This document shows, piece after piece, positions 9,159-16,838 of a DNA stretch of 21,295 nt. Source of the stretch: Thermodesulfobacteriota bacterium (GTDB lineage: Bacteria; Desulfobacterota_D; UBA1144; Nemesobacterales; N074bin48); contig JBFFSH010000041.1 in assembly GCA_041572575.1 (NCBI GenBank), forward strand, positions 1-21,295. Reading direction: 5' to 3'. A program made the translations under genes and the position numbers. A model generated the notes under the pieces. The model did not search any database, was not told where the DNA came from, and saw only the letters and a program-made list of their open reading frames with translations. Every line of letters starts with the position of its first letter. The first letter of the stretch is position 1.

Positions 9159-9998
9159 TTACTTTACCTTCCAGAAATCTGGCTTTCTCTTTTCCATAAA
9201 TGCCGAGGCTCCCTCTACCATCTCAGGGGCCTTCATGAAAAACCGTGCGAGTTCAAGTCCGTGGCTTACCTGAGAATGCGCTATGTCTGAGTTGAAATTA
9301 ATCTGAAATTTTGCTATTCGCAGTGACTGAGGGCTCATCTCTAAAAGCCTCTTACACCATATACCTACTTCTTTATCGAGATCTTCTTTTGGTACTGCCT
9401 TATTTATCCACCCCATTTCTTCAGCCTCTTTTGCAGTATAACGGTTACATAGATAAACAATTTCTCTTGCCTTTTTATCCCCAACAGAGTGCTGCAGTTG
9501 CTGTAGACCGTACCATACCGGAGCACTCCCGACCAGGGGGCCCGCCTGAGCAAATACTGATGTATCTGAGGCTATTGTTAAATCACATAGCATATTAAGT
9601 TCATTACCGCCCCCAATACAGTAACCGTCAACCCTGGCTATAACCGGCTTACCACAGTTTCTTATAGCGGTTGCAAGCCTGTAATGCACATGCATATACC
9701 TTGCATCAACTTTTTTCTTTGGATCAGGTATCCATGAGAGATCACCGCCGGCAGAAAATGCCTTGCCTCCGGCTCCTGTAAGGACTATAACTCCTATTTT
9801 ATCATCCAGCCATGCATCCTCTATAGCTATTGCAAGCTCTTCCCTTGTATCAGAGTTTAGTGCATTTCTAACTTCAGGCCTGTTTATTGTTACATAGGCA
9901 ACTTTTCTCTTTTTTTCAAATATAATGTTCTTAAAGCTATTATTTGGTTTGTTTTTAGCTGTAGTTTTAGTTCTTTTTCTCGTAGTCCTAGGCGGCAT
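9159..9998 (-). CDS. Crotonase-superfamily enzyme, MenB/BadI/Oah-like
   Basis: INRPEVRNA, AFSAGGD, IGGGNEL, QAGPLVGS, AFMEKRKPDF. Start moved to ATG 9998 because GGAGG lies 6 nt upstream and overlaps the context of the track's GTG. Confidence 0.85.
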   Translation of the reverse strand: MPPRTTRKRTKTTAKNKPNNSFKNIIFEKKRKVAYVTINRPEVRNALNSDTREELAIAIEDAWLDDKIGVIVLTGAGGKAFSAGGDLSWIPDPKKKVDARYMHVHYRLATAIRNCGKPVIARVDGYCIGGGNELNMLCDLTIASDTSVFAQAGPLVGSAPVWYGLQQLQHSVGDKKAREIVYLCNRYTAKEAEEMGWINKAVPKEDLDKEVGIWCKRLLEMSPQSLRIAKFQINFNSDIAHSQVSHGLELARFFMKAPEMVEGASAFMEKRKPDFWKVK

Positions 9999-10045
9999 AT
10001 ACACCCTCCAGATTTATAGAATTCTTAAATAACTATTAATAGTGT

Positions 10046-10396
10046 TCAAGATTGTTTTTCTAATTTTGCATTCTCTTCAATCTTTTTAGCAAAATCCTGG
10101 GCAAAATGAGCAATCATATCGGCTAATTCTTTATTCTTTGTAGATTTATAATAAGTCTCAGCCATTTTCATAAACGTAAAGTAAAAATGCGCGTCCATCT
10201 CACCAATTTCCATATCATTTGTCCATAAATCAATACTAAGCGTGTTCTTAGCTACCCTATCCCACATTGAAATCATAATAGAGTCACAGGGTTTTTTCTC
10301 CTCAAACTCTGAATCCGTAGCTTCCCAGAATATGCTCTTAGGCACTTTTTGTTCATCTAATTGAATAGTAAATTTTATCTCGGCATCCTTTGACAT
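10046..10396 (-). CDS. gldC: GldC-family protein
   Basis: EIKFTIQLDEQKVP...W.A.D...SMWD...TLSIDLWTNDM...EM..F...MAETY matches the GldC pattern. Start at ATG 10396 has GGAG 8 nt upstream. Confidence 0.8.
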   Translation of the reverse strand: MSKDAEIKFTIQLDEQKVPKSIFWEATDSEFEEKKPCDSIMISMWDRVAKNTLSIDLWTNDMEIGEMDAHFYFTFMKMAETYYKSTKNKELADMIAHFAQDFAKKIEENAKLEKQS

Positions 10397-10460
10397 ATGC
10401 ACCACTCCGCTTTGATTTGTTTATAATGAAATTTTAAGTGGAAAATTAGCAGATTAAATA

Positions 10461-12380
10461 CTAATTAACCTCTGTACCAAGTATTCTTGCTACAGTATTA
10501 TGAATTTGGTTAATCGTAAAAGGTTTGTTTATAAATGAGTATGCTCCTTCTGCCATAACATCATCCCTTATTTCTTCAGGAGCCTTTCCTGTAATCATCA
10601 CTACCATAATACTTTCATTATACGTTTTTATTTCTTTAAGCACATCTAGCCCGTTTTTACCAGGCATTGTGTAATTTAGAAATACGATATCAAAATGATT
10701 AGTTTCTAAAATTTCCGATATATCATTACCATTATTTATTATAACTACATTGTGTCCAATCAGGGTAAGATATTCTTTTAATACGTTTCTAACAGAGATA
10801 TCATCATCTACAACTAAGACATTTGCTTTTCTTTTGGGATTTAAATTTATATTTCTGGGTTCAACATTTATTAGATTACTTGTAGCGCCGTTTGCAATAC
10901 GCTGAATATTCGGGATTCTTATTCTAAATGTAGTGCCTTTTCCGACCTCCGTGTTTACTTCTATTTTGCCTTCATGTCGTTCAATGATGGCATATACTAC
11001 AGAAAGTCCAAGACCTGTTCCTTCGAGTTCCGATTCATCATTTTTTGTTGTAAAAAATGGCTCAAATATCTTTGGCAGGTTTTCTTTCGGTATTCCACAT
11101 CCTGTATCTGAAAAATCTATTTTAACAAATTCATCTTCAATCTCAGTCTGTATTGTAATCACTCCACCACCTTCCATTGCATGCTTTGCATTTATTGCAA
11201 GATTTAAAATTACCTGTTGCATTTCACCGGGCTTCATACGTACGGGTGGAATTTTGCCAAAATATCTTAAAATATTGACCCCTTCTGATTCGAATGCGCT
11301 TTCTATTAGTGCAAGTGTGTCTTCTATTAAATCTTCTACAATAACAAGGTGATATTTTTCTTCATTGGTCCTGGAAAAAGTTAAGAGTTTATTTACTATA
11401 TCTGCTGCTCTGTCACTGGCATTTTCTACGATATGGAGATCACGGTTTATCTCTTCTATATTCGTACGGGTCATAGCTATGCTTGTATAACCCATAATTC
11501 CTGTGAGAATGTTGTTGAATTCATGTGCAATACCGGCTGCAAGCTGTCCTACAGCAGACATTTTGGCAGACTGAATTACTTGAGCTTCTAGCTTCTTTTT
11601 CTCAGTAATGTCTTCAGTAACAGCTATTGTTCCAAATATCTCATTGGTTTCAAAATCAACCAGCTGAGAAATACTGACCTTTAAAAATTTATCATCTTTT
11701 TTAATTTCATGTTTTGTAACATAAGCGGGATTATTTAGGATTTTCGGTAAAATAGTGGAAAAGTTAATTCCATCCATTATATCCGACAGGTCTTTCCCCA
11801 CACACTGCTCCCCGTATATCTCTGTTGTTGCCGGATTGGCTGTTAGAATATTTAGATCACAATCAGTAGTTATAATACTCTCTATAGTACTGCTATATAT
11901 GTTAAGCAGTTCCCTGTTTCTTTCTTTTACTTTTAGCTCAAGATTAGAGTTTAACTCTCTAAGCTCTCCAAGAAGTCTGTTTCTCTCCATTTTAAGCTGA
12001 TTGTTTTCTACAGCATGAACAATAATGCTCTTTAGTTTTTGATAATCCAGAGGCTTGGTTAAATAATCAAATGCACCTTGTTTTAACCCTTCAATCGCAG
12101 TTTCTATTGATGCATACCCCGTCATAATAACAAACGGCAGCTCGGGATTTTTCTTGCTTACTTCAGATAGCAGATCAATACCGCTCTTTTTGGGCATCTT
12201 AATATCTGAAAGAATAGTGTTGTATTCATTCTCACCAAAAAGCTGTAAAGCTTTCTCGCAAGATGTTGCAGTATCTACATGATATCCGTTTCTGGATAGC
12301 AGATCGTAAATTATCCTGAGGATTTCATGCTCGTCATCAACTACTAATACTCTTTTCTTCTGATCCTGTAATTGTATCAT
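10461..12380 (-). CDS. Cytoplasmic hybrid histidine kinase REC-PAS-HisKA-HATPase-REC
   Basis: N-terminal REC (VVDDE, SDIKMP, MTG, KP), coiled coil, PAS-like region ending EDITEKK, H-box AGIAHEFNN, NLAINA, DTGCGI, FEPFFTTK, GTGLGL, C-terminal REC with D-to-N. Confidence 0.93.
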   Translation of the reverse strand: MIQLQDQKKRVLVVDDEHEILRIIYDLLSRNGYHVDTATSCEKALQLFGENEYNTILSDIKMPKKSGIDLLSEVSKKNPELPFVIMTGYASIETAIEGLKQGAFDYLTKPLDYQKLKSIIVHAVENNQLKMERNRLLGELRELNSNLELKVKERNRELLNIYSSTIESIITTDCDLNILTANPATTEIYGEQCVGKDLSDIMDGINFSTILPKILNNPAYVTKHEIKKDDKFLKVSISQLVDFETNEIFGTIAVTEDITEKKKLEAQVIQSAKMSAVGQLAAGIAHEFNNILTGIMGYTSIAMTRTNIEEINRDLHIVENASDRAADIVNKLLTFSRTNEEKYHLVIVEDLIEDTLALIESAFESEGVNILRYFGKIPPVRMKPGEMQQVILNLAINAKHAMEGGGVITIQTEIEDEFVKIDFSDTGCGIPKENLPKIFEPFFTTKNDESELEGTGLGLSVVYAIIERHEGKIEVNTEVGKGTTFRIRIPNIQRIANGATSNLINVEPRNINLNPKRKANVLVVDDDISVRNVLKEYLTLIGHNVVIINNGNDISEILETNHFDIVFLNYTMPGKNGLDVLKEIKTYNESIMVVMITGKAPEEIRDDVMAEGAYSFINKPFTINQIHNTVARILGTEVN

Positions 12381-14889
12381 GATTATTCTCGTTATTTATA
12401 GGAAGGTGAATCGTAAAAGTTGTCCCCTCACCTTCAGTGCTGTTAACAACTATTTCTCCGTTGTGGCTTACAATAATCTTATAACTTATAGCTAGACCCA
12501 AGCCGCTTCCGGTGGTTTTTGTGGTAAAAAAAGGATCGAAGATTTTTGTGAGGTTTTCTTCACTTATCCCTACTCCTGTATCCTTAAAGTTTACTTCAAC
12601 ACAATCTGGTGACTTGCTGCTCATGCTTGTTGTAACATGCAATTTGCCACCTATCTCCATACATTGTGTCGCATTAATAAGCAGGTTAATAAAAACCTGC
12701 CAAAGTTGATTCTGATCACCCATCACCTGTGGAATGTCGGAATCTAAATCCACTTCTAATTCAATATTGCTATCGGTGAATTGCTTCTTAATTAATACTA
12801 TAGCATTTTCCAATATGCTGTTCAAATTTACTTTTTTAAAACTCGGTTCTTCTGGTTTTGAAAAGTTGAGAAGATTGTTAACAAGTCTGTTTGTACGAAC
12901 TACCTGATTTTTAATAAATTCCAGATACTCATCCACAACTTCCGCATTTCTGCCATGATCAACTTCAGTAGACAAGTAAAATCTTGCTCCTCCAATGATG
13001 TTAAGAGGATTTCTGATTTCATGGGCAAGTCAAGCTGCAAGCTGGCCTACTGCCGACATTTTTTCAGCCTGTATTAACTGAAGATGTGTCTGTATAAGCT
13101 CCTTATTGGTCTCTTCGAGTCTCGATGCATAGTCCTCAACCAGTCTGAATGCATTGGCATTTTCTACAGCTATAGCAGTTTGATTTGCAAGAGTTTTAAG
13201 AAGGCTTATGTCTCTTGAATTAAATAAAAGGCCTGATTTCTTATGTCCAAGTGATAGTATTCCAACAAGATCGTCTTTAAAGAACAGTGGCATTATAAGG
13301 GTAGAATTAAGCTTATTAAATGTAAGAATTAATTCGTCTTTAATATCATCGTATTTATTGTCTGAAATAAGATCTTCAAAAAATATCTCGTGTCTTTTTT
13401 GTATTAATGTACTAATGAGTTTATCTTCAACATCCAGATTAAAAGTAGAGGATTTTAGCTTCTCTAATGTTGTTACATTAACTTTATAAACAGATTGTTC
13501 TCTATCGAGCAGTAAAAATGTGGATGAATCTATCTGCATAGTGTCTGTAATAGTATTTATTATTTTTTTGCCTATTTCATCAATATTTAATATAGATGTC
13601 ATAGCCTCACCCAAATTATATATAGTTCTTTCATAGTCATACCGTTTTCTAAAAAATGCGCCGTCTATGATATTTTGAATCCTGTCCCTTACAGGGTTTA
13701 GAGCTACAACTAGAAATACGCTTAAGAAAACGAAAAATCCAGGACTTTTCCAACCCCCTTGAGAAGCAAACAGGTAATTGAATCCTAAGATCATTATAAC
13801 AATTGCAAAGCCAAGCACACCGGAAAGACCTGTGTATACCAATGTTTTCTGTATTATTATTTCAATATCAAATAACTTGTATTTAACGATTGCATAAGCA
13901 ATTGAAATAGGAAAGAATAAAACCGGTATAGTTAAAAAAGTAACATAATTAATACCGTATAAAATAATAATGATACAAGCAACTGTTGGTATGAAGAATC
14001 CGAATATTGAACCTAATAAAACAACCTGAGATCTCTGTTGATCTAACTTAGATTCAGGTTTTAAGTAGTTTTGAATAATGGATATTAAAAATAGAATGTT
14101 ACTTATAAGCATGTAAAACAGTATTATTATATCTATCAGTTTAATAATTCTAACATTATTTAGATATTTCAAATGAGCAACAAAAATTAGTGCAGAAAGT
14201 ATGAACGGAACAACTAAGATAAATTTATTCCTTAAATAGATTTGTTTCTTATTTGGAAAAACTAATGCAATAAATATCCAGCATGCAGGAGCAAAGATTA
14301 ATGCTAGATAGGAGATATTCAATGAATATATGATTGAGTATGTAGTTTGATAATCTATATCTTCTATAAACCAGATACCTAATGATAAACACAACAAGAT
14401 AAATGCCTTACTTTCAATAATATTTGGTCTTAAAAAATACACAATTGCTCCTGTTATTAGTAGAATAACTCCAGCAAAAAATTGAACACCAAATACTTGT
14501 ATCAGATCAAACAACTTAAATTCCATAGTAGGAATATTTAATGTTATTTTTTGATCATCACGTTCTACCAAATAAGTAATACTGGTACCTACTGGATATC
14601 TTGATATCATTTCATATACCTGTTGAGAGTTTGATATCTTTGTATTATTAACAGATATAATTCTATCGTATGATTTCGGTCCATCATTATCCTGACTTGG
14701 CCAATGTGGAAGTGATACCTGACTTACTGTAACAGTATTGAAAAGAAAAAATCCGGGGAATGGATTACCTTTCCATTTGGAAACCTGAACTATAGCATTT
14801 AAAGATAATAATACAGAAATAGTTAATAAAATTATTACCAATCCGTGAAAAATAGAAAATGACGTATTATTTTCATTCAATTTTGGCAT
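12337..14889 (-). pseudogene. Membrane sensor histidine kinase (periplasmic PDZ-like, multi-TM, GAF, HisKA, HATPase; 850 aa) interrupted by an in-frame TGA
   Basis: Track ORFs 13030..14889 and 12337..12975 share a frame. The junction reads GQLAA*LAHEIRNPLNIIGGARFYLSTEVD, with TGA at 13030-13032 at the conserved Gly of the H-box. Confidence 0.9.
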
Positions 14890-14921
14890 AATATGTTATT
14901 AAGTAATTTAGTTATAAATTT

Positions 14922-15710
14922 TCAATTTTTAAATTTTTTGGGATATCCAATTAAGTATGTAATTGATAACGGCTTCATAGGTGAATCTATTTTACCTATT
15001 TGCCATAAAAATCCATTATCACCAATTGAGTCAACCATATTTCTTAATTCATCGGGTGTATATGTCCTAAGATTGGAAATAAAACCATCCCAAGTATCCA
15101 ATATTGGAACTATTGGAATTATATAGGTCCAGAAAAACCTTGGAAAAGTAAAAGGTTTAATAAACGGTGTAACAATAAACATTAAAATTGGGGTAAGTAA
15201 CAAAGATAAAATTAAATTAACAATTTTTCTTTCTGTAAATTCAAAAATACCAATTGGGCTATTATTATTAATTGCATTTTGTAATATTAACTTTGCTTGT
15301 TCAGGAGGGAAATGGTGAAAACTTGTAAACATTGTGCGAATACCTTTTAGGTTAGATGGAATATCCATAGCGTCTATAGATCTATCTATGTAGTTAATGT
15401 TATCTTTATAAGATTCTATCTTCTGAATTGATTTCGTATTGGGATATTTGTCTGTAAACGTAACTTTTATTGGAAAATCATCACTTTCAAACATTTTATA
15501 AAATCTTAGTAATGGTCCAGAGCCTCCAGAGCATAGATCTATAATGTGATTGACCTTGAGTTGCTTCATAGTTTTTTGCAGCATAGGCGCTATAGAATCA
15601 TAAATTTTATACTTATCAATATCATATTGTATGGCATCAGTAATCATGTCTCTGAATATTATTGGTAGCCAAGCTTTATCTTCAAATTCAAATAGTTGTA
15701 ACCTTACCAT
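14922..15710 (-). CDS. Class I SAM-dependent methyltransferase, uncharacterised family
   Basis: IIDLCSGGSGP motif I, TDKYP, IDA, TSFHHF, IFE; hydrophobic C-terminal hairpin. Confidence 0.75.
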   Translation of the reverse strand: MVRLQLFEFEDKAWLPIIFRDMITDAIQYDIDKYKIYDSIAPMLQKTMKQLKVNHIIDLCSGGSGPLLRFYKMFESDDFPIKVTFTDKYPNTKSIQKIESYKDNINYIDRSIDAMDIPSNLKGIRTMFTSFHHFPPEQAKLILQNAINNNSPIGIFEFTERKIVNLILSLLLTPILMFIVTPFIKPFTFPRFFWTYIIPIVPILDTWDGFISNLRTYTPDELRNMVDSIGDNGFLWQIGKIDSPMKPLSITYLIGYPKKFKN

Positions 15711-15765
15711 TTATATTTTTTTATATATGATTTCATATTGAATTTTAGTAGTTATATTATTTACA

Positions 15766-16794
15766 TCAATTAAGTTTAGATTTAAGTAATGCTGACACAC
15801 CTCCAATAGAATCTATCCATAATCTTAGTTTTAGAAGACCATCATTAAAAGAAAGATTAGGCGCATAATTCAGTTCATTACAAGCTCTTGATATTTTATA
15901 ATTTAGATTTCTGTTTAAGACAGATACTACGTAACGTGTTAACATCGGTTCACAATTATTGATAATATATTTTGCATATAGTTCAGCTAAATAAGCACAT
16001 CCATAAGCTATAGAATAAGGAATGGATTTAGGGGTCCAGTCAATCTGAAGTTCATTTAAAACACCTTTTAGAAATTCATACAATGTTATGTCATATCCAT
16101 CATGTACAAAATAGACATTACTTTTTAATTTTTCAATTTCACCCATTGCAATCATAGCATCTGTTAAATTATCTACATAACAGATTGAAATTTTATTATC
16201 TCCCTTACCAACAAGGAATAATTTGTCATCATTCGCTAATTCGAGTAGTCTTGGAAGAACAACATTATCTCCATGTCCCCAAACCCAACATGGCCTAAGA
16301 ATTCCTCCATCGATTTCATCATTATTGATCAAATTCAACAACAATTTTTCCGATAGCGCTTTAGTTTCACAATAGGGGTGTTTATATTTAACTGGATAAG
16401 GATAGTCTTCATCTATATTTATATGATGTTCGTATTTCCAAACAGTGTCGGTTGTACTTAAATATATAAATCTTTTAACTTTATTTTCTAAGCATGAATC
16501 AAGCAGCAACCGGGTTCCCTCGACATTAACCTCATAAAAATCTTCATATTTGCCCCAATCTGATACTTTAGCAGCACAGTGATAGACAATTTCAACATCT
16601 TTAGTAGCTTTTTTTAATGATTGAGTATCTGATAAATCTCCATAACATAATTCAACACCCAGACTATTTAAATTCTCTACATTACTAGTAGGTCTAACAA
16701 GAGCTGAGACATTATAATCTTTTTTAACAAGTTTTCTTGTTAAATTTCCACCAATAAATCCAGTCCCTCCGGTTACTAATACTCTATTAGACAT
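15766..16794 (-). CDS. NAD(P)-dependent extended SDR, 3beta-HSD/OleD-like ketoreductase
   Basis: TGGTGFIG, VYHCAAKVSDWG, NVEGT, YLST, catalytic YCETK, LRPCWVWGHGD. Confidence 0.85.
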   Translation of the reverse strand: MSNRVLVTGGTGFIGGNLTRKLVKKDYNVSALVRPTSNVENLNSLGVELCYGDLSDTQSLKKATKDVEIVYHCAAKVSDWGKYEDFYEVNVEGTRLLLDSCLENKVKRFIYLSTTDTVWKYEHHINIDEDYPYPVKYKHPYCETKALSEKLLLNLINNDEIDGGILRPCWVWGHGDNVVLPRLLELANDDKLFLVGKGDNKISICYVDNLTDAMIAMGEIEKLKSNVYFVHDGYDITLYEFLKGVLNELQIDWTPKSIPYSIAYGCAYLAELYAKYIINNCEPMLTRYVVSVLNRNLNYKISRACNELNYAPNLSFNDGLLKLRLWIDSIGGVSALLKSKLN

Positions 16795-16838
16795 TCAGAT
16801 TATATTTATTGTTCAAGTCATTTATTAGTCATTATTTT

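Noticed and set aside
12337..12975. Independent 212-aa HATPase gene from the ORF track
   Set aside because: It is the in-frame continuation of the upstream sensor and would lack the phospho-His. A GGAGGAG lies about 11 nt before the TTG, so low-level restart cannot be fully excluded.
13030..13032. TGA read as Gly (genetic code 25), Trp or selenocysteine
   Set aside because: It is the only internal TGA in roughly 6,400 codons. TGA serves as the normal stop at 9146-9148, 10046-10048, 12337-12339, 15766-15768 and 18573-18575. The position is a conserved Gly, not a Cys.
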